From positions 1-64,000 of the forward strand of contig CAVWBU010000028.1 of NCBI GenBank assembly GCA_963753345.1: DNA of 64,000 bases. Direction: 5' to 3'. The stretch comes from an uncultured Fibrobacterota bacterium. GTDB taxonomy: Bacteria > Fibrobacterota > Chitinivibrionia > Chitinivibrionales > FEN-1185. The position numbers and the translations under genes are program-made. Shown here piece after piece: positions 1 to 10,280 of this stretch (position 1 is the first letter of the stretch; each line of letters opens with the position of its first letter). The notes beneath the pieces were generated by a model. The model made no database searches. It saw only the letters and a program-made list of their open reading frames with translations, and was not told where the DNA came from.

Positions 1-2
1 AC

Positions 3-350
3 ACCAACTTGCCCGTAGAACTCCGCCTCCTCCCCCACGCCGGCAAGATGCCGGGCAGCGAGCAATACCGGAAAACCGGTTTTCTCTCCCGGTCCTTTCT
101 CGACAGCGTGATCTTTGCCCAGTATCGCTGCGCAACATGCGCCTGCACGCTTTTTGTCATGACCTGCGCGTCGGACAGCGCGGCCGAAACGAGGCTCAAA
201 ATCATCGGCAAGGAATACGGCGGTGACAATCCGCGCGTCCATGCGTTCGCGTCCCGCAACCGCGTTGCCGGGTGCGTGGGATGCGCGCAGAAGGAATTCG
301 AGGGTAAATGGTTCGGCGTTCTGCTGGAACAGCTGCGTAAGGCGTTCTAA
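3..350 (+). CDS. C-terminal part of a hypothetical protein (possibly DUF6599-like), truncated by window start
   Basis: Open frame from the window edge to TAA at 348-350 with GC-rich codon usage. Family guess rests only on the neighbourhood. Confidence 0.55.
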   Translation, partial: TNLPVELRLLPHAGKMPGSEQYRKTGFLSRSFLDSVIFAQYRCATCACTLFVMTCASDSAAETRLKIIGKEYGGDNPRVHAFASRNRVAGCVGCAQKEFEGKWFGVLLEQLRKAF

Positions 351-445
351 TTGAAGATTGCAGATTTTAGATTGACGAGTGAAAGACGTTTCAATTGCCA
401 GCCATTTTTATTGAATTGAATCCGCATTCCGAAATTCACAATTAA
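350..445. repeat. Inverted pair of degenerate heptamer arrays
   Basis: ATTGAAG-ATTGCAG-ATTTTAG-ATTGACG, then ATCCGCA-TTCCGAA-ATTCACA-ATTAAGA. Confidence 0.65.
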
Positions 446-447
446 GA

Positions 448-564
448 AAACAAAGATAATAGGGAGCTGGTAGGGCCTCCCCGGCCCTAAAACCCGGCAA
501 GGAAAATGCTTATTGAAACAACCCCCGGCGGCCAGAGCGCCGCCACCCCCTTGGAAAGGGGGAA
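448..564. repeat. Family A dispersed palindromic repeat, copy 1
   Basis: Hairpin TAGGGCC..GGCCCTA, then GGAAAATGCTT, then ACAACCCCCGGCGGCCA.AGCGCCGCCACCCCCTTGGAAAGGGGGAA. Near-identical copies lie at ~4135 and ~10042. Confidence 0.9.
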
Positions 565-615
565 AAATCAATCTCATGAATCAACAATTGTCGATTTGTT
601 GGGGGATGAAATGAT

Positions 616-644
616 TTGATTTTTGGAGAAAGAAGAGGTAGATT
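616..644 (+). promoter_or_regulatory. Putative sigma70 promoter TTGATT-N17-TAGATT
   Basis: Canonical 17-nt spacing; almost the same sequence recurs at 10281-10309. Confidence 0.55.
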
Positions 645-694
645 TTTGAGGCAGAGTGGCAGGCTTGATAAATCAACAACATTTTGATTTTGAA

Positions 695-2562
695 ATGAAA
701 CCAAATTTTAAAACCGTCCCCCACCTCACCGCAATCCTGTTCTTCACTTCCTATTTCCTTTTCACCCTCTTCTACATCGACCCCCGCCTTGTTTTCATTT
801 TCAACGGCATTAACAAATATTCCTTTGTTTTCGAATTCAGCAGGACGTATGCCGCAGGGATCGCATTCGTGCCGGGAGGGTTTGCAAAACTTGCCGCAAC
901 GCTTGTCGTGGAAGCGTGCGAACATGGCTGGCTCGGCGCCGTTCTTCTTTCCCTCGTCGCGGGTGGACTGACGGCGGCGACGGCATCGTTCGTGACTCAT
1001 CTGCGCAATAAGCCCCTTTTTGTCCTGCACTATGTTCCGGCGATTCTCTTTCTGGTTGTCCTTGCCCGATACAGCATGTATTACCTTCCGGCGGTCCTGT
1101 CGGCACTTGGATCGATAGCATTCGCTCTTGTCTACCAGCGCATTTCCGGAATATCTGCTGTCAGACGGTGCACCCTCTTTTTTTTCCTGTTCATAATCGC
1201 ATATTTTCTCTTCAGCTTCACCGCTGTCCTTTTCGGCCTGCTTGTGATCATCCATGAGCTGCTATCACCGGCAAAGAAGATTGTGCCGGTCATTTTCACG
1301 GCCGCTGTTCTGGCGGTTGTTCTGTTTTTATTCAGGGCATTCATGTTTCCTTTTGATCGGGTCTTCAATTACGGCCTGATCGTTGATTTCAGGCGGCCGC
1401 TGCTGTATCTCTTCCTTGCGGTTCCGCTTTCGGCATTACTCGCCGGTCTCTCCATATTTTTTTCGGATAGTTTCAACCCAGCTAAAAAGAAATCGGGACG
1501 TGGGCGTGTCGCCATTATCCTGTCTGCGACTCAGGGCATAGTAGTGTTGCTGGCCCTTGCCGCGACAATGCTGTGGGCAACCCGCGACTGGCCAACAATA
1601 ACCCTGCGGGAACTCGGTTCGGCGCTCTATTGCGACCGCAATTGCCTATGGAATGATATTCTTCAAAAGAAACGCTCGTTTCTTTTTAGGAATTCTCCGA
1701 ACTGGCAGTCTCCCACCACGCTTTTGACGACGCATGCGCTGTATCGCGCACTGTACCATACCGGCCGTCTCGGAACAGACATGCTCAGCTTTCCCCAGAT
1801 CGCAGACCCTGAGCCGCTTCTGTTGTGGAAAAGTTCTTCAAGCAACTATCTCCCTGCCTGGGCGGCGTCTCTGGAATCGGCCATGGACCTCGGCGCGTTG
1901 AATTTTGCCGAGAAGACAGCAGGAGAGGCGATGGAAAACATGGGGCCGCTTCCGTTCCTTCTGTTCCGCCGCGCGCTCATCCAGGCCGCGAAAGGAAACG
2001 ATGAATGCGCGCAGGTCTATCTCAATAAGCTTGAACGGAGGCGACGGCGGGATACGGTTTACTTTCGCGGCGATTCGGACATGGCGGCAGCACGCCGGAT
2101 CTTTCCAAGGACACCGGGGTTGTCCGTCTCCGCTCCTGCATGGACACCGCCGATTATATTTTCAACCGGGTCAATGAAGAGACGGTGCTGTCAAATCTCC
2201 TGAAAAGCAACCCCCGCAACCGGATGGCCTTTGAATATCTGATGGCGTATTATCTTCTTTCCCGGCGGCCGGACATGGTTGCGCGGAATCTGTACCGTCT
2301 GGACGATTTCGGCTACACGAAAATTCCTGTGCTTTACGAGGAGGCATTGGAAATTTACCGCGAGGAGGACACGGTCGCGAATATCGCGCTGCCCAAGCTC
2401 GCGCCAAGCCCTGAGACCGCGGCCCGGAGCGAGCGGTTTCTCCAGCTTATGCGGCTCTATGAAACCGGCGCATCCGGTTCCCAGGCTGCGCTGGTCGCCG
2501 AATTCGGTGCGAGCTATTTCTTCTTCTTTATTTTCAGGCATTCGGCCGGGGACCACTCATGA
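695..2562 (+). CDS. DUF6057-like multi-pass membrane protein, frame-broken near 2030-2110 (ORFs 656..2203 and 2140..2562)
   Basis: About 9-10 TM segments. ALYHTGRLGTDMLSFPQ and NPRNRMAFEYLMAYYLL..IPVLYEEA motifs are typical of the family. Overlaps the start of a TolB-like gene. Confidence 0.75.
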
Positions 2563-4088
2563 AACAGGCGGCCTTCCTTTTCCTCGGTCTTAACGTAATC
2601 TTCGGTCTTTCGGGGTGCGGCAACAATCCGAGTTTTACCGCGGTGCAGAAAACAACAGCGGCAGCGGATCGGACGCCTGTTCTCAAACCCGATTACACCA
2701 ACATCACCATTCCGCCGAATATCGGACCGCTTAATTTTGTCATAGAAGAAAGCGGCGCATGTTTCTTTACGCGCATTGCCGGAAAAAAGGGAGAACCGAT
2801 CTTGGTATTTTCAAAGAATGCGGAAGTCCGCATTCCACCCGGGCCGTGGCGCAGACTTCTGTTGAAAAACCAGGGCGATACGCTGAGCGTTGACGTCTGC
2901 GTCAGGCAATCCGGCGGATCGTGGCTCGGGTTTAAAACCGTAAAAAACGCGGTATCCGGCGACCGGACCGATCCGTACATTATGTACCGCACCTTGAGCG
3001 TTCTCTACATTTATTCCCGGGACCTCTGCCTGTATCAGCGGGACCTCCAAACCAACAGCGAATCCGAAATGCTGAATGCGCTGAATTTTTTCCCTGGATG
3101 CTGCAACTGCCACACCTTTTCCGGTAACGATCCTTCTAAAGCGTTTTTTCATATCCGCACCCAGGACTTCGGCAATTCCGCGCTGGTGGTCACCAACGGG
3201 ACCGTCGGCAAGATACCGACAAAGTTCGGATACACCTCATGGCACCCGAGCGGGAAACTCATCGTATATTCCGTCAACAAGGTGGACCAGTGCTTTCATG
3301 CCGCGTGGAAAGACCCGCGCGACGCATTCGATTTCAATTCCGGTCTCAAAGTGTACCGGGTTGACAAGCACAAAATCGTCACCGTGCCGCAGATTTATCA
3401 GGAAACCGCGCTCGAAACATGGCCGTGCTGGTCCGCGGACGGAACGTGTCTTTATTTCTCAAGCGCCCCGCTTACCTGGAGCGACTTCAAGACCAACCCG
3501 CCGGAAAATCTTGAAAAGACGCGCTACAGCCTGATGCGCGTCCCGTACAACGAGAACAGCGACTCATGGGGCACCGTCGATACGGTTTTGTCCGCCAATA
3601 CCACGGGGAAGAGCATCACGCAGCCGCGTGTCTCGCCGGACGGCAGATTCATCGTGTTCTGCATGCATCCCTACGGGCCGTCGCCCTACTTGCAGCCGGG
3701 CAGCGATCTTTACATCATGGACATTGCGACCCGGCACTACGAGCCGCTGGCCGTGAACAGCGAATGGTCCGAGTCGTGGCACTCATGGTCGTCGAACAGC
3801 CGCTGGCTCGCATTTACAAGCAAGAGGAACGGCGGCATCATGGGAAGGATATATCTGGCGCATATCGACGGCAACGGCAAGGCCGCAAAGCCGTTCATCC
3901 TTCCGCAGACCGATCCCCGGTTTTACGATTCGTTTGTCAAGGTGTATAATATTCCCGAATTCGCCATTGCCCGTTTTACCGTACCGCAGCAGGCCCTGGT
4001 GTCCGCGATACACTCGTACAAGCATCTTGATGTCGATGTTCCGGCGGTTACCGGAGCAACGCCGAGGGTTCCGCCGAAGCCGGAATAA
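2559..4088 (+). CDS. TolB-like (PD40 repeat) beta-propeller lipoprotein
   Basis: Lipobox LSGC; PDYTNITIPPNIGPLNF; CCNCH; PD40-like repeats WHPSGK, WSADG, PRVSPDGR, WSSNSRW. Confidence 0.85.
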   Translation: MKQAAFLFLGLNVIFGLSGCGNNPSFTAVQKTTAAADRTPVLKPDYTNITIPPNIGPLNFVIEESGACFFTRIAGKKGEPILVFSKNAEVRIPPGPWRRLLLKNQGDTLSVDVCVRQSGGSWLGFKTVKNAVSGDRTDPYIMYRTLSVLYIYSRDLCLYQRDLQTNSESEMLNALNFFPGCCNCHTFSGNDPSKAFFHIRTQDFGNSALVVTNGTVGKIPTKFGYTSWHPSGKLIVYSVNKVDQCFHAAWKDPRDAFDFNSGLKVYRVDKHKIVTVPQIYQETALETWPCWSADGTCLYFSSAPLTWSDFKTNPPENLEKTRYSLMRVPYNENSDSWGTVDTVLSANTTGKSITQPRVSPDGRFIVFCMHPYGPSPYLQPGSDLYIMDIATRHYEPLAVNSEWSESWHSWSSNSRWLAFTSKRNGGIMGRIYLAHIDGNGKAAKPFILPQTDPRFYDSFVKVYNIPEFAIARFTVPQQALVSAIHSYKHLDVDVPAVTGATPRVPPKPE

Positions 4089-4134
4089 TATTGAATGGCG
4101 TTCAAATCTGCAATCACAAATCCGTCATCAAAAA

Positions 4135-4324
4135 GACAAAGATAACAAAGAGCCGGTAGGGGCTGGCCGCCCCTAAGACCTGCCAGGGAAAATGCTTATT
4201 GTAACAACCCCCGGCGGCCAAAGCGCCGCCACCCCCTTGGAAAGGGGGAACTCCAGTACGTTCTTTCAGGTGCATGTCATTCCCGCGAAATCATGCCCTC
4301 GACCTGATCGGGGGCGGGAATCCA
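4135..4324. repeat. Family A repeat copy 2 plus REP-like GTCATTCCCGCG..GCGGGAATCC palindrome
   Basis: Direct match to 448-564 and 10042-10231. Confidence 0.9.
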
Positions 4325-4439
4325 CTCTTTTGTTTTTCCCTCTGATAGATTTACCGAAGGCTCATGGAATTTGCTTTTTACGACAGAAATACCTAGTTTT
4401 TTAAGGGTGGCGGCACAGGCTTGCCAGCGGAGGCTGCCA

Positions 4440-5282
4440 ATGAACAGGATTATCGTTCTTTCGGTTGTACTTGTCATGGTCGGAATGGGCAGTTGGGCAA
4501 GAACGTACACCACCTCTTTTCCCCTCACCGAAAACCCCATTTCCGAAAACAGCAACTGGATCAACGGCGCAACCATAGGGATCGACTGGGGCGATGTTTC
4601 CACGACGCCGGGCCAGACACACCCCCACCCCGGACCCGCGCGTTATGCCGATGCCACGGCGCTTGTTACCGGCACCTGGGGTCCGGACCAGACCGCGCAG
4701 GCAACGGTGTACATCAACAACGCGTACAATTTTCCCGAGGTGGAATTCCGCTTGCGGTCGACTTTGTCGCCGCACGTTTGCAACGGCTACGAAATAACCT
4801 TCTCGCTCGCGCCGAATTCCTATCTGCTCATTGTCCGGTGGAACGGTCCGTTGGGGAACTACACCGTTTTAAGCAACCCGAGCGGCTCCCAATATCAGGC
4901 GAAAGCAGGCGACGTTGTCAAGGCTACCATTGTGGGAAATGTCATCACGGCGTACAAGAATGGCGTTCAAATGGGCCAGGCCACCGACAGTACCTATGCA
5001 TCAGGGAATCCGGGCATGGGGTTCAACGAACAGGTTAATGGCGATTATGGTTACACCAATTTCACGGTGACCGACGGGATCGCGGCGACAAATGGAGAAG
5101 TGTTGACAGCACAGGCAAAGGTGCAACCTACGAAGCGGTGTTTGACGCTGTTACGGGCACCTCGGGCGGGTGTTTATATTCAAGTCAAAGGTTCAGCGAT
5201 TGATGACGGAACAGCAAGTACGCGGTTTTTTGATCTTTCGGGGAGAGAGATCTCGCAGAAGTTAATCAGGTCATATTGGTGA
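4440..5282 (+). CDS. Secreted beta-sandwich (lectin-like) protein with CTD-like tail
   Basis: Signal peptide MNRIIVLSVVLVMVGMGSWA; T/G/N-rich body; C-terminal FFDLSGR. Confidence 0.75.
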   Translation: MNRIIVLSVVLVMVGMGSWARTYTTSFPLTENPISENSNWINGATIGIDWGDVSTTPGQTHPHPGPARYADATALVTGTWGPDQTAQATVYINNAYNFPEVEFRLRSTLSPHVCNGYEITFSLAPNSYLLIVRWNGPLGNYTVLSNPSGSQYQAKAGDVVKATIVGNVITAYKNGVQMGQATDSTYASGNPGMGFNEQVNGDYGYTNFTVTDGIAATNGEVLTAQAKVQPTKRCLTLLRAPRAGVYIQVKGSAIDDGTASTRFFDLSGREISQKLIRSYW

Positions 5283-5386
5283 AGGACATTATTTATTGCA
5301 AGGTCTGGATTGAACAGCATTTCAATCTACATTCTACAATCTACAATTAAAAAGGCAAAGTTAACAAAGCCAAGGAGGATATTTCC

Positions 5387-5857
5387 ATGACCCACCCAGC
5401 AGACCGCGCTTTACAGATTGCGGTTGAGATGGAGCGGCTCGGCCAGACCTTCTACGAGTCGCTGGCGGAAGGCTGCGGCGACGCGGCCATTGCCGCGCTC
5501 GCATCAAGCCTCGCGCGGGCCGAAAAGCAGCATGTGGCGGTCTTTACGCGCATGCTCGAGGCGCTGCCCCCGGGGCTCCGAGGCCCGAAGTTGACGGAAC
5601 AGGAACTTCTTTCCGCGGCAAAGGAGCTTCGCGTGGACATCATGCCGGGCGCGGCAACGGTGCGCGACGCGGTGCTGTCAACCGATCTCGGCAAAGTTCT
5701 GGACATGGCGATAGACATGGAGTCCAAGGCGGTTGCCTATTACACCGGCAAAAGTTTCGGCACCGATGGCATCGATTCGGCGGCCTTGTCGAGAATCGCC
5801 AGCGAGGAGAAGAAACACCTGAGCGTGCTACGGGAGCGAAGAATGCGGTACAAATAG
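5387..5857 (+). CDS. Ferritin/rubrerythrin-like diiron protein
   Basis: AVEMERLGQTFY..AEKQH and AIDMESKAVAYY..EEKKH pattern; AGGAGG RBS. Confidence 0.85.
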   Translation: MTHPADRALQIAVEMERLGQTFYESLAEGCGDAAIAALASSLARAEKQHVAVFTRMLEALPPGLRGPKLTEQELLSAAKELRVDIMPGAATVRDAVLSTDLGKVLDMAIDMESKAVAYYTGKSFGTDGIDSAALSRIASEEKKHLSVLRERRMRYK

Positions 5858-5907
5858 GCATTTTATTTTTTTCGGAAGCACGCGGCGCGATTATCCATGA
5901 TCGTGTC

Positions 5908-7056
5908 TTACCGTGCCGTCACCAGAATCCTTGATGCCGATTCCCCGTTGTCCATAAGCTTTACAATATATGCGCCGTTCGAAAGCTTGCAAGGCAGCGC
6001 TTTCATCGCATTGTCGCCCGGCCTCATCTGCCTCACCTCGCCGGAATAATCGGCGACCAGTTTTCCGGCAAGGTCGTACACTTTGAGCCGGGCTGTTGAC
6101 GGATTAACAAGAGCAAACGAATGGAGCGGCTGCTGCCTCCTTATATCACCGTTGACACCCACCACTCCCTTCTGGTACACCCTGACGTAATCGACGAGCA
6201 TCTTTGTAGGGAAGATGGCGTTGTTGATATTATATCCCTGATATGACCCGCCTACTGCGACGTTTATTATCCAGTAGAAAGGCGAATGAAACGCCACGGT
6301 GTTCTCAGGCAGATTAATGCTGGGAACGCCGAAATTAATGCCATTCACGATCGGGAAATCCGGGCCCCAGAACAAGGTGTCATCGAAGTAATATTCCACG
6401 TGTGTTGAATCCCAAAGAAGACCATAGGTATGATAACCATCGCACAGGCACTGCGAATAATTGTGCTGACAGGTGTGATAGCTGGGAGCAGGATACGGCC
6501 CGCTGCTATTTGCGTAATGACAGCACGCGATAAATTCATCATCACCGATTGTGGCAGGTACCGGTTGAGGCTGGGTCGCTGTTACGATAGTATCGCTGGG
6601 TCTTTGCTCGTAGATTTCCATCTCGCCGCAAGTTGGCCATGCAACGCCGTGATAGATGCTGTTGCCCAGAAGCCAGACGGCAGACCACAGACCCGGGCCT
6701 GACACCTGGCCGACCGGCATAATCATTCTTACTTCAAAATACCCATAGGTGAAAATTTTCTTGTCATGGGTGTCTATGCGGCCGGACGCGTAAGGAGAAT
6801 AGTCCCCGTATGGGTTACGCTTGCACCATATGACTAAGTTGCCGTTTTCAACCGTGACGCAACCTCGATGATAACTCTCCATTTCCACGCCAGGCACCAT
6901 GCCCGTGTCGTAGTTCCAGTTGTTCACGGTATCCAACGAGGTGCCGTTGAATTCGTCAGACCATGCAAGTCCATATCCTGCGGCCGCCGGCGGCAAGGCA
7001 TACGCCGACACAACGCCGGCAATCAAGATTGAAAGAGAAACGAATAGCTTCTTCAT
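5908..7056 (-). CDS. Glycoside hydrolase family 16 with T9SS-like CTD
   Basis: Signal peptide; WSDEFNG, YASGRI, FTYGYFEVR, WPTCGEMEIYE, MLVDYVRVYQ; CTD VYDLAGK..GAYIV. Confidence 0.9.
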   Translation of the reverse strand: MKKLFVSLSILIAGVVSAYALPPAAAGYGLAWSDEFNGTSLDTVNNWNYDTGMVPGVEMESYHRGCVTVENGNLVIWCKRNPYGDYSPYASGRIDTHDKKIFTYGYFEVRMIMPVGQVSGPGLWSAVWLLGNSIYHGVAWPTCGEMEIYEQRPSDTIVTATQPQPVPATIGDDEFIACCHYANSSGPYPAPSYHTCQHNYSQCLCDGYHTYGLLWDSTHVEYYFDDTLFWGPDFPIVNGINFGVPSINLPENTVAFHSPFYWIINVAVGGSYQGYNINNAIFPTKMLVDYVRVYQKGVVGVNGDIRRQQPLHSFALVNPSTARLKVYDLAGKLVADYSGEVRQMRPGDNAMKALPCKLSNGAYIVKLMDNGESASRILVTAR

Positions 7057-7407
7057 CCTCTTCCCCTTTACTTCTCAACAAACAGTACTCCTTCACTAAT
7101 GAATATAAACACTTCTGGTTGATTTTGTCAAAATTAATAATGGCTGTCCGACCTTTAATCTTCATTGCGAATGAAGAGCGGAAGCACCTATATTTTTTAA
7201 AAGACAACCGGTGTTCTCATGGTTATCAGTCGGCATATAGGCGGTGAGGTTTTCTAAAGGCGTAAGGACGATTTCTGGGAAGATTGTGAAGATGAAATGA
7301 GGATAACTTTGTCGGTGACTACTGCAACTTGCGATCTGTCGTTTTGTGTAAACTAGTGCGCTCGTTAAATAATAAATATTCAGAATTAAAGCATCAATGA
7401 AATCAGG

Positions 7408-7851
7408 TTATACCTTTTTATCAATATCTTCTTGAGTAATCATGTTTCCATCAAGGTCCATAATAACTGATTGGTTAAGAAGTTTCATGACATTTTTTAT
7501 CAAATCGCAATAACTGAATGGTTTTGTTAAAAAACCACTTTTGTATAAAGAAGTTTTATTGAACACTTCTATAAATGGCGCAAAACCTGAAACTACTAAA
7601 ATTGGCAAATCAACATACTTTTGTTGTAATATTTTAATTAATTCGAAGCCATCCATCCTAGGCATATTTAAGTCTGTAATTACAATATCAGGTTTGAAAT
7701 TGTCAACTTTCATTAAAGCATCAAATCCATCAATCGCAGTTTCTACTTCATAGTTAAAATTCTTAAGCATTTCGACACAAAATTCTAAAATCAATTCCTC
7801 ATCATCAACTATTAGCGCACGTTTCTTTATTGGCAAATCTAACGTGGTCAT
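7408..7851 (-). CDS. Single-domain response regulator (AT-rich)
   Basis: LIVDDE, ITDLNMPRMDG, VVSG, FLTKPF. Confidence 0.9.
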   Translation of the reverse strand: MTTLDLPIKKRALIVDDEELILEFCVEMLKNFNYEVETAIDGFDALMKVDNFKPDIVITDLNMPRMDGFELIKILQQKYVDLPILVVSGFAPFIEVFNKTSLYKSGFLTKPFSYCDLIKNVMKLLNQSVIMDLDGNMITQEDIDKKV

Positions 7852-8660
7852 TGAGGTATTTTATATCCCAATATCGCTTTATGGACCAGAGAAATACACA
7901 AATCCAGCTCAACAGCAATTTGACCTAGCAGAGCAGTATCGTCAGTATGAAGATATTTCTCCTTATATAAAAAGTCGGCCTTTGCAAGTCGTGCACAAGC
8001 TTGATTTTTAAGATTATGAAGGTGTGTATTTTCGTTTTCTACAGATAACGACCGACTTGAATAGATGTATTCCTGAAGTTTTAAAACTAGATCTTGTACT
8101 TTGCCAAACGAATAATTGAAGGAAGATTCTCTTGCTAGTCGCAAGTGCTCGGCTCTAAATGGCAACCTATACGCTTCAACATATAACGAACACACCTCCT
8201 TCCATTTGTTAAATATATCCAGGTTAGGGAATTCATTGCTAATGCTTTCAAAATAAATTTCACCCTCTCTTTTCGACACGGCAACAAATGTTTTGTTTTT
8301 TAATGGCACAGGCGTAGATTCGTAGGAAATGGACTTGCTTCCTAAAAGAGGGTGACTTTTAAACTCGTCGTTTAAGAATAGCAATAATTGTTCTCGGCTT
8401 ACGTTCAATACATCCAATTCTTTCAAAATTATTTCTGAGAAATTAACATTAAAATTATTTAATGGTTCGAGTTTTTTCACGGCGTCATCCTTTTGCTTAC
8501 CATCAATTGATAAGCCCTTTTGAGTCTTTTCTTGTACCAGTTTTTTATTTTGCAAGATTAAATTCTTTATCTGATGGATATTTTTTATAAAAGCTATCAA
8601 CCCGCCAATACCTATCAAAAATGCAGTTATATATTTCCAGTAGTCAATTATGAATTTCAT
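7848..8660 (-). CDS. Hypothetical AT-rich protein with N-terminal membrane anchor (start uncertain: 8660, 8672 or 8711)
   Basis: Long ORF in a low-GC tract; TM segment YITAFLIGIGGLIAFI; its stop overlaps the receiver start (ATGA). Confidence 0.7.
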   Translation of the reverse strand: MKFIIDYWKYITAFLIGIGGLIAFIKNIHQIKNLILQNKKLVQEKTQKGLSIDGKQKDDAVKKLEPLNNFNVNFSEIILKELDVLNVSREQLLLFLNDEFKSHPLLGSKSISYESTPVPLKNKTFVAVSKREGEIYFESISNEFPNLDIFNKWKEVCSLYVEAYRLPFRAEHLRLARESSFNYSFGKVQDLVLKLQEYIYSSRSLSVENENTHLHNLKNQACARLAKADFLYKEKYLHTDDTALLGQIAVELDLCISLVHKAILGYKIPQ

Positions 8661-8830
8661 GATTGAAGCCATTTTTAATTGAAGATGAACCATACTATTT
8701 GAAAACTTCAAGTTAAATAAATATAGAATAGGGAAAGAATATGCTTGTGCAAAAACAAAAATGACTAGCCCCTTTATTTATTCTGTAAAAATGCTTTCCG
8801 TTGAACAGCATCACCACGAATAATCGCAAC

Positions 8831-9925
8831 CTATCGCGGTTCTGATGTCGTCTTCGCCTGTCCATTCCATGCGCCGCCCGGGTCCTTGAAGAGATTGGGA
8901 TAATCGCGCTGCAGGATTTCGACGGTCTCGCTGTCCATTTTCGCTTTATACAGATTTCGGGCGCTGCGCAACTGGACAAGCGATAATCCGTTCGCTTCGC
9001 GCAGATCCGACGCGGTGAGCATGGCATTGCCGAAATCCGCGTTGTCCATTCGTGCGTACCGGAGGTCGGCCCCGCGCAGAAACGCATTTCGCAGCGCGGC
9101 GCCGCTCAGATCGCAGTACCGCATCTCGGCGCCGCGCAAGTCGCAGCCCGAAAAGTTCGCTCCCGAAAAATCGAGACCGTTCAGCCGCATCCCCTTGAAA
9201 TCGATCCCCGCAAGCGAGCACGACCTGAAGCAGCGGCGCCCGGACTGGAGCGCGGCAAAAAACGTTTTTGCATCGGTAAAGGCGAAAGTGTCGGCGACGC
9301 GCGCACCGGCGTCCGCGGCCGGCGCCGCGGGCCTGGACTGCTCCGCCTTGGTGAACGACGACAACAGCTTTATCATCGCCTTGTCGTTGTTCCGGGACGC
9401 GACCATTTTTGGCGTGACCCCCGTTGCCGACTTTCTCGTCCGGTCGGCGCCGTGCGCAAGGAGGAAGTACGCGGTCGCGCAGTCTCCCCGCATGACCGCC
9501 GACATCAGGGGCGAGTTCCCCTGTGAATTGGGGCGGTCGACAGCCACGCCGTGCGCCAGAAGAATATCGGCGACCGGGTAAAGACCCTTGTACAAGGCCC
9601 AGTGCAAGGGGTCGAAATTCATGGTATCGGCTATGGATGCATCGGCGCCGTGTTCCAGCAGGACCGTCACCGTTGCGCAATTATCGGCCTGCACCGCGGC
9701 AAGAAGCGGCGTGAGACCGTCTGATCGCCGCGTGTTGACGGAAGCGCCTTTTTCGATGCAGAGGGTAAGCTCGGTGACCGGACCGTCCGCCGCCAGTTGA
9801 AAGAGCAGGCTGTCGGTTTCTTCCGCCGCATACAGTGTGGAAACAAAAATCGGAATCGCCAGGAGAAGCACGCGCACGGTTGATATTTCCCTTGTCATTA
9901 AATTCGATACACGGTGATTTTTCAT
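8831..9925 (-). CDS. Exported ankyrin-repeat plus pentapeptide-repeat protein
   Basis: Signal-like LLLAIPIFVSTLYA; ankyrin GLTPLLAA, DPLHWA, GNSPLMSA; pentapeptide FSGANFSGCDLRGAEMRYCDLSGAALRNAFLRGADL. Confidence 0.85.
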   Translation of the reverse strand: MKNHRVSNLMTREISTVRVLLLAIPIFVSTLYAAEETDSLLFQLAADGPVTELTLCIEKGASVNTRRSDGLTPLLAAVQADNCATVTVLLEHGADASIADTMNFDPLHWALYKGLYPVADILLAHGVAVDRPNSQGNSPLMSAVMRGDCATAYFLLAHGADRTRKSATGVTPKMVASRNNDKAMIKLLSSFTKAEQSRPAAPAADAGARVADTFAFTDAKTFFAALQSGRRCFRSCSLAGIDFKGMRLNGLDFSGANFSGCDLRGAEMRYCDLSGAALRNAFLRGADLRYARMDNADFGNAMLTASDLREANGLSLVQLRSARNLYKAKMDSETVEILQRDYPNLFKDPGGAWNGQAKTTSEPR

Positions 9926-10041
9926 TGGTGCAGTTTGATAAAAATAATGGGAGACGGGTGGAACGAGGAGACGTTTTTATTTCAATCCGTAATCCACTTC
10001 TGCAAGCCGAAATGAAGAAGGCAAAAATGATAATAAAGATA

Positions 10042-10231
10042 ATCAAGATAATAAAGAGATTGGAAGGGGCTGGCCGCCCCTTAGACCTGCCAAGGAAAAT
10101 GCTTGTTGTAACAACCCCCGGCGGCCAAAGCGCCGCCACCCCCTTGGAAAGGGGGAACTTCGGTACCAATCTGGTTGCATGTCATTCCCGCGAAAGCATG
10201 CCCTCGACCTGATCAGGGGCGGGAATCCACT
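10042..10231. repeat. Family A repeat copy 3 plus REP-like palindrome
   Basis: Near-identical to 4135-4324. Confidence 0.9.
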
Positions 10232-10280
10232 TCGTTGCCATCTGATCTTACTCGAAGCTTGACCGGGAGGAGAAATGGAC

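Noticed and set aside
448-10231. Family A repeats as a CRISPR array
   Set aside because: Copies are kilobases apart with no regular spacers and no cas genes
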